Shown here piece by piece: positions 11,707 to 21,655 of a stretch of 64,000 nt of DNA. Made by a program: the position numbers and the translations under genes. The notes beneath the pieces were generated by a model. It did no database searches and was not told where the DNA came from. It was given only the letters and a program-made list of their open reading frames with translations. Source of the DNA: Felis catus (lineage: Eukaryota); the NCBI RefSeq assembly GCF_018350175.1, contig NC_058374.1:132370001-132434000 (forward strand), written 5' to 3'. How positions within the stretch are numbered: position 1 is the first letter of the stretch; every line of letters starts with the position of its first letter.

Positions 11707-12649
11707 TGCATCTCATGTCACTTTATGTACAAAATTGGGCAAGGAGAAGGGGGCGGTGGGTCACCAGGAGGGTACAATAGTTTCACAGTGTCGGACAGCT
11801 GGACGCGCTCACTCACTGCTCAGCCTGGGCCCACACGAGCCCCTTCCCCACCCAGCAGGGGTGAGGTGGGATTTGGGGTGGCAGGCAGCTGTGACAGAGG
11901 GGAAGAGAATGATCCCATCTCTGGGAGGGGACCCCTTCTCCAGTCTGCTCAGGGCAAGGTGCTGGGAAATGTAGAGGAGCAGGGACCCAATTTTGGGGGG
12001 GGGCGGGGGTAGGGGCCACTGCGTTGTGGGGAGTCAGAAAGCTGAGATCAGGTCTCCAGGGGTCCGGCTGGGTGGCCCCGAGGGGCGCTCACCTTCCCTC
12101 ATCTGTAAAACGAGGCGTGGGCCTCTTGAAGAATCCTTCCTGCCCAAAGCTGTGGTCCAAGGTCATGCACAATTATGGCAAGGTGATCGGCCCCCTCGGG
12201 ATGTTGACTGGGGGTACAACGTGCCACAAAGGTGGGGAGATCTGGCAGATAAGAGCTGTGAAGCACCTGGCGCAGGGCTTGGCCCAAGGCAGGAGTTTGA
12301 GAAACATCATTTTCCCCCTTCCCTGCCTGGGACACTTGGGAGACTATCCAGCTTCCTCTTCCCTTTCATTTCTCCTGGAAACTCTAGCCAGGAGGGCTGA
12401 GGTGGCGGGCACACTTCAGAGGCACATGTTCCCTGAAGGGGCTGAGACCCCTCCCATGGCTTCACCCAAGGGGACCCTGGCCCTGGGGCCAGCCCATCCC
12501 GGGCCTCTGCCTCCATCACAAACCCTGTGAGGGTAGTGAATGGGGTCAAGCATCTCTTCAGGCCAAAATCCACCCGGAGCAACGATGCTAAGTGTCACTC
12601 CCTACAGAGAGCAGGGGTGCCCGTGCCTTTGCAACCTGTTTGGTTTGAA

Positions 12650-12860
12650 CGCTAGACTCCATCTTCTGCCAGCTGATTGACACTGGGCAAGTTACTTAAC
12701 CTCTCTGTGCCCCAGTTCCCTCCCTTGTATAACGGGGCCCCAAACCGTTCCAACCTCATAACTGTGTTGGGAGGATAAATGAGATGATGCGAGGTGCTCA
12801 GCGCAGCGCCTGACAAGGTTGTAAGGAACACGGGCCCTGGCACCATCGTTAGCCACAGCA
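12650..12860 (+). mobile_element. MIR within the NPTXR 3'UTR
   Basis: MIR core ctgggcaagttacttaacctctctgtgccccagtt. Confidence 0.7.
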
Positions 12861-15617
12861 GCTCAGGGACGCAACCGAGCGACATTTCTAGCTCCTCCTT
12901 CCCCGTCTTCTCGGCTGTGCCCAGGAGCAGCTGAACAAGACCAAAACTGGAGTCCAAACGGCAGGCGTTGGGCAGAGGTGAAGAGCGGTCCATGGATGAA
13001 GGAGGGGTGGGGACACCAGGCTTGCATCTTCCTGGAATGGGAATGGTCACCCAGGCCACTCACCGATGGCCCGGACTCACGGTCTGCACCTTGACGCCTC
13101 GGGTTTGTTCCTGTTCCCTCCGGAGGGCTGACCAGGGTGACTCAGCACAGGACTGAGGTCAGATGTCTCATTATGACCATGACAAAACATAAAGGACTTG
13201 GGAGGACGCCTCTGGGTGGGCTCAGCCATCAAACAAGTTCTGTCACTTTCCTCCTAAGACCCTTTCTTTCCCCCCAGGCCTCCACAAAAGCTGCTTCCTT
13301 AAAAACAATAACAGAAACCCAATAAGGCCCAGTGTCCCCGAAATCTGAGTTCTGAATTCCGCTGTCACCCCAGCAACAGCATATGTCATTAAGAGACGCT
13401 TGACCCAGCACTTGGGCTGATGTCATTGGCTGTTACCGGGGCAACCTAGGTCTCAGCAGTCTCTGGCAGAAGCGCGCCATCGCTGCTTCTTCTAGGGGGA
13501 GCTGGGCTGGAGGTGCCCAACGGTCTATCTGTGCTCTTGAAATGGAAACAAGGGTCTGGGAGGTGGCGGCAACAAGTTTTGGAGAAGCCTCCACAGCAAC
13601 GGCCCCACAGCCTATAGCTCATGCCTCAGGTTACGTGCTGGCGGGGAGCAGAGACGGGGAACAGAAAGCGGGACAAAAGGCACCTGTACCTGCTCGAGCC
13701 CGGTAGCCTGCAGCTGCCCAGACACCTGGTAGGCGACTGGCAGAAGGGACACCTGCCTTTTCAGCTTTCCATTCCTGCCAGAGTGCCTGGCGTTCACACC
13801 TGTCCTCCCCCCTACTTCCTGGCGGGGCCGGACGCCAAGATGTTTCTGTGCGTCATCAGGGAAGATGTTCGTGTTGGAAAGCATTCTGACCTCCCAAACG
13901 TCCATCCTCTCAGGCGAAGGCTGGACTCGAGGACACTCGTGGACAGGCAGAATGGCATAGGAGGGGAAGAGCCCTGAAGAGGGATTCAGAAGCCCTGGGT
14001 TCTAGTCCTGGCTCTGCCCCATTGGGCTCTGTGATCCTGTGCAAGTCATTTGACCTCTCTGAGCTCTTCCCCAGCTATACAAGCAAGAGGTCAGACCAGG
14101 TGGCTTTAACTCAGTTTTTACATCCTTCTACTCTCTTGGGGGAATCGGTGAGGACTCAGGGTGAGACACTCTCAAACAGGCAAGGGTGCCAGGCTGGCGG
14201 GGCGGGGGGGGGGGGGGGGCGTTGGAATCCAGAAAAGCTGGTTTTTACAATCTGTGCATGAAGTTGGCCTGCCTAGTCCCTTGCCTTTGCCCCTGACTCT
14301 CTGGAGCCAGCTGCTGACCCTGACCCATGCCCAGCCCATGATCCCATCTGCTGCCAACTCTCAGAATCTACCCCTGCTACGTCCCCTGGTTGCTAGGCAG
14401 CTTCAGGCTGGCCCCACCCTGTCCACGTGGAATCACAGACAATCTCACGTTTGATCTGGAGAGCTCTCAGCAATGACCACAGCAAGGGCCTCAGCTCACA
14501 AATGAGGAAGACGAGCCCAGAGAGAGCAGGGACTTACAGAAGGCCACACGGCAGGTCAGCAGCGGGGCTGGCTAGGAACCATGGGTTCCTCCTTCTCATC
14601 CAGTGCTCTGCACACCACTCCACCCTTCTCCCCTCTTTGCCTGCTCAGTTCCTTCCTGCCTTCCTTCCCCCAGAGGCTGCAGGGCCATGCAGAAGGGCTA
14701 GGTAATGCGACTCTGCCATAGCCTGGGTCCCAGGGCGCAGTGCCTCTGCCTCAAGCTGCTCCTAGGCCAGGCTGAAGTGGCCCAGGTCCTGTCCCGGGCA
14801 CGGAGGAGGAGAGGGGACCTGCCACTTAGCACACATGTGGGCGAGCACAAGGGGTGACTATGGCCTTTTGGCCTCCTAGGGTCTTGATCCCTCAGGCTGG
14901 AGCCGGGAAGGGAATGTCCTGGAAATTGAGGTGGGGGTGGGCCAGGCGTGGAACCAACATTCAAACCACTGCACACAAAGAAACAAGGAAAGAGGAAGAA
15001 GAGAGGGTGCGGGAGGCTCCATCAAGATTCCATTGCCCCTTCAGGGGCAACTGGTGGAAAGATGGAGGAGGGGTGAGTCTGAGTCTCCTATGTCTCTGTC
15101 ATGCCCTTCTAGGCTGAGGGGACAGCTCTAGAGCTTGTTGTGGCCCTGACGGGGATGGGGCCAGGCCTGTTGCATGGGGGACAGGAGCACTGAGATAGCA
15201 GGTCCTTCCCGCCGCCCCCCCACCCCCCCAGCCTGGTGGGATGTGCTGTTGAGATCAGCGGAATCAGACATGGCTGATGGGCCAGGGTGGGTGGGGGTAA
15301 GAGACAGCTCTAGTCTAATGCCAAGAGAGCGGACAGAGCTGTGGGCACTGTTACCACCTTCCCCCAGGTCCTGGACTCACCCCAGGCTTGACCTGTTGGC
15401 TTGAGCTGCTTGTCCCCGTCCAAGTGGGGGTAGGGGACAGCCATAGCAGGGCAGGGCATTCTGGAGGTGTAGGTATAGGTGGGGGAAACAGGAGGCACGG
15501 CCAGGAGCAGGGCAGGAGGGGGGGCAGTGTGTGGGTAGGCTGAGGAGGGAATGTGTGCCCCCAAAATAAGGTCCCCAAAATGGCAGGCAAGGGAGGGACC
15601 CTGGATGAGGTGGCCCC

Positions 15618-15842
15618 TCATGCCTTGGCCCTCCCCTTGCAGACATCAAAGGTAGCCTTTTTTGCACCCCCGAAGGCCTCCACCAGCTTGTCTTCCCAGG
15701 GAAGGACGTTGCCCAGCAGTGGCCCGGTACAGTTGGCAATGCCCAGGACCTGGGCAGGTGTCAGGGCGTGGTCCCACAGGTTAAACTGAGCGATGTCACC
15801 CACGAAGGCCTGAGTGGCGTCAAACCGGCCACCCAGGGCATC
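15618..15842 (-). CDS. NPTXR: NPTXR exon 5 coding part to TGA stop
   Basis: DALGGRFDATQAFVGDIAQFNLWDHALTPAQVLGIANCTGPLLGNVLPWEDKLVEAFGGAKKATFDVCKGRAKA*. Acceptor is cccAG|GAT. Confidence 0.98.
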   Translation of the reverse strand, partial: DALGGRFDATQAFVGDIAQFNLWDHALTPAQVLGIANCTGPLLGNVLPWEDKLVEAFGGAKKATFDVCKGRAKA

Positions 15843-16183
15843 CTGGGCCAAGAGAGGAGCAGAGAAAGGAGAGAGACATGGAGTGAGGCAGGGGGAAAGA
15901 CAGGCAGGCTGACTCAATCAGGGCCCAGGTCCTGCTGAAGCCCCGTCCCCGAAGTTCTAGCCCCGTCCCCAAGTTCCAGCCCTGTCCCCAAGGTTCCAGC
16001 CCCTTGGGCAGGTCTCTAGTCTCTCTGGGTCTCAGTTTGCCCACCTGCAGAATGGCTGGGTCAGACTGAGTGATCACTGCTGTGCTCTTAGGGTCCCTCT
16101 ACCTAACCCCTCCTTCTCAGGGGCCCTGGGTGAGTGAGATATCTTCCTTAGGCTTCATGCCCCCATACCACCCTGGGCCTTAC

Positions 16184-16363
16184 CTGCTCCTGGCCCAGGA
16201 TGAGGATTCCATGTGGTTTGATGGGGTGCCAGGCAGCCAGGTTCTCACCGGAGCCCTGCAGCTCCCCATCCTGGTAGGCAGACCACAGGCCGTCCCTCGT
16301 CGTCCAGGAGATGCAGATGTGGTGCCAGCCATTGTCCTTCAGGCTCAGAGGCAGCTGGGCCAC
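16184..16363 (-). CDS. NPTXR: NPTXR exon 4 (pentraxin signature), 180 nt
   Basis: VAQLPLSLKDNGWHHICISWTTRDGLWSAYQDGELQGSGENLAAWHPIKPHGILILGQEQ contains the pentraxin HxCxS/TW motif. Acceptor is tccAG|GTG, donor is CAG|GTAAG. Confidence 0.98.
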
Positions 16364-17441
16364 CTGGACATAGGTCCCGCGACCCCGGGTCAGAGGTGCC
16401 ACAGTCCCAAGGCTGGACCAGTGAGGAGGCGGGGGGACCAGGAGACCCGTGTTCTTCTCTCCAGGGACTGGCCCAAGGCTTGACCCTCCCGCTCCTCCCA
16501 GCCCAGCATCTTTCGGACCGCTTTTTCTTCTTTCCCCACAACTCAACCAGGCACTTCTCTCAGATCACAAGGGACTCTTCGGTACTGGTTTTCAGGTGTT
16601 TCCAGCTAGTTTATTCACCCTCTTACAGGGTGCGGGGCGGGAGCCACATCTCACCATCTCTGAACACCTCACACAGTGCCACGCAGCTGGGCTCACACTG
16701 GCAGTGGCGGAATGAGCCTTGGACTCTGAGGCTGGGCACTGGCACCCAGCCCTGGCTCTCCCAACCAACCTCCCGTGGGACCTTGGGGAGGCTGCTCTTT
16801 CCTCCCTGGGCCTCAGGTCTTCATCTGTGAAGTAAGGAGGTCAGGCAAAGGGTGGCAAATGTGTGGCCACCTCTGGCTCCTCCACTCAAGGCAGACATGG
16901 CTAATCAATTACGAACCTAGGCTCAGCCTCGGGATCTTTCCTACCACGGGGCTCTGGGAAAGCCGCTGGTGATTGACTCAAATTGGCCCGTGAGATGAAA
17001 GGTACTTGCTGCCTGTGGATTTGGGACTCCCGAGGGGCTCTTTCATCACCTAGTTCTGAGATCACACTTGAATACAACACTATCTGAGGCCTGCTTGGGG
17101 CCAGGCCTTGTTCTGGACACTGGGGATATGGATCCGGTCTCAGCTATAAATGAGTCTGAGTCTGCACGGGAGGGAAGAGCTTCAGGGCAACATTACAAGA
17201 CAAAAGACCAGGGGCCATTTGGGAGGTACAGAGGCTGTGAAGGCCCATAGGAAGAGGCAGGTGTGGGAACAGCAGACACGGTATTCAAACACATCTGGAA
17301 GGACAATGCATCTGGCCATCCCAGCAAGTTGGGGGCACAGTAGCAGCAAAGGCTAAGAGGCTGGAATCAAAGGAGACTGGAGTAATCCCTGAAGTTGACC
17401 CTCAAAAGGACTCTTGAAGTTCCTGGAATAGCGCTGTTCAC

Positions 17442-17462
17442 TGCCCTGTCCAGGGTGCTGAA
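17442..17462 (-). promoter_or_regulatory. RE1/NRSE (REST-binding element) in NPTXR intron 3
   Basis: Minus strand reads TTCAGCACC-CT-GGACAG-GGCA against the consensus TTCAGCACC-nn-GGACAG-CGCC. Both cores are perfect and the spacing is canonical. Confidence 0.8.
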
Positions 17463-18905
17463 TCCTTTCCACAGAGACCTGAGTGCTGAGCTTGAGCAGG
17501 GCCAAGGATGGCAGCCAGGGGGTGTACGAAGGGGACATGGCAGCAGGATCTAGATGTTGTCCAGCTACCCTAGGCTTCTTAAGACCTACTGGGCTACAAG
17601 AGAAACTCCTGTCCCCTGGGCCCATCTCCTTCTTCTTCATCCTCCTCCAGGACACCCATGAAAGACACCTCCTGCTGAGCTGGGTTCTGATGGGTGACAA
17701 CCACTCCTAGCAGATCTATAGGCTGTGGGCTGGTCATGAGTGGGTGTGGTAGGTGGTGCCTACATTTCCAGGGGGGTCTTAAAAGACCACCATGGCTGCA
17801 AATCCCAAAGCAATATGGCAGGCGAAGGAGGATATTTGAGGGGAATGAGGGGATAAGACACTCCCTCTTCTGCTCAATCACCGTGCCCCTGCCACACCAC
17901 TCCCCCATGTCCTTGTCCTGCCCTGCAGATAGGCGCAGGGAGGGCTGTGGGGCTGGGGGTCCAGGCATGGGGCAGATGGGTGGCCCAAGCACAGAACGGT
18001 GGAGGGGTTCACGGGGGGTTTCTGCAGCCCCAAACCGTGAATCCTATCAGCACCCCTTCACCAGCTGTGTGGGCCTGTGTGCATTCTTTGCCCTCTCTGA
18101 GCCTCAGCTTCTCCATGTGCAAAATGGTAATGATAAGGGTGCCTACCTCCCAGTGCTGTTGGGAGGGTCAAGGGTGATAATGTGAGTAAAGTGCTTATGA
18201 GCACTGGGCCTGGAATAATAACAACAGCTCACGTGGCTCAAAGCTTGTTAAATGTTAGGCTTGCTCACACCCCTTTACATGTATGTAAGCCACTCATTTC
18301 TCACCACAACCCCACGGTAGAGACTACTGCCAGTCCTCCTTGGCGGATGAGGAAACTGAGGCACGGGGCGTGTAAGTGACCAGTCTAATGTCACACAGAG
18401 GGTAAGCAGCAGAACCAGGATTCAAATCCAGCGTTCAGGCCTGACCATGGCCCATTCTACTCTCCCTATGAGGAGGGCGGCAGAGGGGGAGCTGCAGAGG
18501 AGGACGGGGGCAAGGAGTCCACCAGCGCTCCCTCCCCAAGTAGGTCCTTGGGCCTCATTGGCTTCTCTCTTTGCCCATGAGAGAGACAGCGCCCTGGGTC
18601 AGACATCTGTAGCCATGTTCCTACAGCTGGGTCACTGGGGAAGCCCCACAGGTCTCCTCTGTAAATGGACATGCCATCACTTACAGCTCTCGGATCCAGG
18701 CCCCTCTGCAGCCAGCCCCAGGTCTGGCTTGTCTTTGTACTCCTAGAACCCAGCCTGGCACACAGTAGGCATTTCATATGTGCTGAAGCTGCTGAGCAGG
18801 AGAACTGAAAGGGCCCGCAGGCTTGGGACCCAGCACAGTGCAGGTGCTCCTGGAAGGGTCACCCGGCCCCCCACTTTCCTCCCATTCTGCCCAGCCTCCA
18901 CTCAC

Positions 18906-19153
18906 CTTGTCGTTGATCAGCAGTTCCATGGGGTCGTGGCCCGCCTCCAGCAGCACAATCTCATTGGCCTGCCCGGGCACGGAGTAGGAGAAGGGTGTGC
19001 CCTGGCCATTGCCACCCGACCTGGACCGCAGCCACATGCAGACGGTGAAGGCGTAGAGCTCGGGCAGCGCCTTCCGCACGCGGGCGTACATGTAGTTGTT
19101 GCGGATGGGGATGCTGATCTTGAAGGCATCTGGGGGGCTGTAGGCTGAGGACC
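18906..19153 (-). CDS. NPTXR: NPTXR exon 3 (start of pentraxin domain), 248 nt
   Basis: (G)SSAYSPPDAFKISIPIRNNYMYARVRKALPELYAFTVCMWLRSRSGGNGQGTPFSYSVPGQANEIVLLEAGHDPMELLINDK. Acceptor is cttcAG|GG, donor is AAG|GTGAG. Confidence 0.98.
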
Positions 19154-19571
19154 CTGAAGGGGGTGGGCAAGGTGGTCATGGTGGGGATCAGTGGCCACTG
19201 ATGGGGATGGGCAGCGCGGACTACAGAATGAGGGCTACTAGTCCCTGGACATCTGCCATGTACCAGATGCATTTACAGCCTTTTCTACCCTGCCATTGTG
19301 TTGACGGGTGTGGTTAAGGTCCAAGGGCTCTGGACCTGAGACGTCCTGAGTTCAAATCCGGACTCCACACTTCCCAGCCACATGACCTTCCACAGTTCAA
19401 CTTCACCTCTCTCGGCCCTAGTTTGCTCAGTAAAATGGCATAAATAAGATTTCCTCCCTCTCAGGCTTGTGTGAGGGTTGAGTGGGACAAACTATGTAAA
19501 GGGCCTGGCCCAGAGTAAATGCTCGACAAATGTTAACTATTCCAATGATCATTGTTTGGACTTCTTTGCCT

Positions 19572-19781
19572 ATTGTTTACATTTTTAAATATTTATTTTA
19601 GAGAGAGAGGGAGTGAGCATGAGCAGGGGAGGAGCAGAGAGAGAGAGAGGGAGACAGAGAATCCAAAGCAGGCTCTGTGCCGTCAGCACAGAGCCCAATG
19701 CAAGGCTTGAACTCACAGACTGTGAGATCGGGACTTGAGCCAAAGTTGGACGCTTAACCAACTGAGCCACACAGGTACCCC
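19572..19781 (-). mobile_element. CAN-SINE in NPTXR intron 2
   Basis: Antisense copy ending in cacaggtacccc; TSD-like TCTTTGCCT. Confidence 0.9.
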
Positions 19782-21429
19782 TCTTTGCCTGTTTATTTAA
19801 CAAGCACTCTACAGTGCCTTCTGCATGGCAGGCACTGTCCTAAGAGCCTTTACATACATGACCTCCTTCATTCTTATGACAGCCCTATGAGGTGGACACT
19901 GTTATAATCCTCAGTTTACAGATGAGGCAACCTTGGCACAGAGGGGTTAGGTAATCTTCTCAAGGCCACACAGCTAGTAAGTGGCAAAGCTGGGATCTGA
20001 ACAGGATCATCCTGGGATTCCTTGATATCCAGGGCAGCACAGAGTTTCAGGGATTCTATGCCTTAAGTATTAGAGGGCTTTCTGCAGGGGCAGACTGGGG
20101 AGTCGCCATCTCTATGGGCAGGGGGGTGACACCCACCACACCCACCTCTGGGAGAGGAGTTCCCCTCCTCCAGCTGGTTGTTGAGGGCTGGGGTTAGGGG
20201 GTTAGGGCTGGGAATGGTGGACCCAGGTTCCCAGGTTCGGTTGGGGCTTGGGGTGAAGGCTGATGTGATGATGCATCATGGTAAGAGAGGAAGGGGCTCG
20301 GTGACGGTCCCTTGAAGCCTGTTTCATAGATGAGGAAGTCGAGTCCCAAGAAGGGACTTGCCCACAGGCATACAGACATCTAGCCTAGTTGCCTCCCTCT
20401 TCTCTGCCCGACAGCCGCTGGAGGGGGCATTTCCCCCAATCCCTTAGAAGATGCAGTACAGGGGGGCCAGTGGCAGGACTGAGGAGGGATGAGTTTGCCT
20501 TTCTTGTCTCTGTACTCCAGCCGGAAACCCACCAGGCCAAGCCTTGCCTTCAGCTGTGCCCCTGCTATGGCCCCTCCACTCCACAACTGACTCTACCTCT
20601 GCCTGCAAGGACTAGCTTGAGGCTCACCTCCTTCAGCCTCTTGGATTTCCTTCTCTGAAACTTCTGTCCCCATCTAAGCCAGTCCCAGATAATTACTCAG
20701 GATCCCCCCTAACTTGTCTGTAAGCCTCTTACAGGATGCTCCTCCCAAGGTTTCAAAGATGAAAGTTCCCTGAGACCTCCTGAGTCCTAAATCCCCGTAT
20801 TTCAGATGAGAAAAACGAGGCCTGCGGAAAGGAAGCAAAATTCAAAAGTCTCAGCGCAAGCCAGTGACAGCTGTGGAGGCCGGAGCCAGGTCCCCTTGAT
20901 GCTCATACCCGTGGACTACCCATTACCCTGACCCCTGGAAGCGCCAGGCCCAGGTGTTTAACAAGTGACAAAATCTGGATTCACTGAAGGTGCTATTTTG
21001 TGGGGTGGCTAAATGCACGGACTTTGGCATGAGACCCACTTTGAGGTTCAGATCCACCATTCACTGGCTCTGTGACGTTGGACAAGTCACTTGACCTCTC
21101 TGAGCCTCGGTTTCCTTTTCTGCGAAATGGGGATAATAACACACCATCCCTGTGTGGTTTGTGAAGGTTAACCCAGCTGACATGTCACGTAGTTAGCCCA
21201 CTCCCAGAACGTAAGTGCCAGAAAACGCTAACCGTTAAAAATAATAATCCTGATGATACTCCCCAATTATTCTCACCCTCTTGGGTTCTGCAGCCTCCTC
21301 CCCCGCCATCCCATCTAGCTTTAGCCTCTGGAGAGCATAAAAACGTCTTCGAGTGAATCTGCCACTTTGAGGACCCATCTGAGAACCAAGGCCTCGCCTG
21401 CTATGCCCTCTGCGGGGCCCAGGACCCAC

Positions 21430-21655
21430 CGTGCTCCAGTTCGGCTACGCGGTCCTGTAGCGCATCCAGCTCCTTCTCCACTTCCTGCCGCTGCCGGTGG
21501 CTGCTGTGACTCAAAGCCATGCGCTCCTTCTCCAGGGTCAGCACCTTGGCCAGCAGCTGGCCCTCCAGTTCATCCATCTTGGAGTGCAGGGCGGTGGGCA
21601 CCGCGGGCGCAGGGGCTGGGGCGGCTGAGAAGTTCACACGGGCCGGGAGCTCCTG
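21430..21655 (-). CDS. NPTXR: NPTXR exon 2 (coiled-coil region), 226 nt, phase 0 to 1
   Basis: Translates QELPARVNFSAAPAPAPAVPTALHSKMDELEGQLLAKVLTLEKERMALSHSSHRQRQEVEKELDALQDRVAELEH(G). Acceptor is ...taagCAG|CAG, donor is CACG|GTGGGT. Confidence 0.97.

Larger units (their letters stand above)
11585..15617 (-). other. NPTXR: NPTXR 3'UTR (about 4 kb)
   Basis: Runs from the stop codon to the AATAAA at 11602-11607. The length agrees with the long 3'UTR recalled for mammalian NPTXR. The cleavage site is estimated. Confidence 0.75.

Noticed and set aside
13960-14600. Inverted MIR pair in the NPTXR 3'UTR as a dsRNA element
   Set aside because: The copies are too diverged to form a convincing long duplex by eye.
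21537-21557. RE1-like GTCAGCACCTTGGCCAGCAGC in NPTXR exon 2, and a partial site at 33724-33744
   Set aside because: The first breaks the GGACAG core and is constrained by coding sequence; the second has a poor left half. Both are much weaker than 17442-17462.
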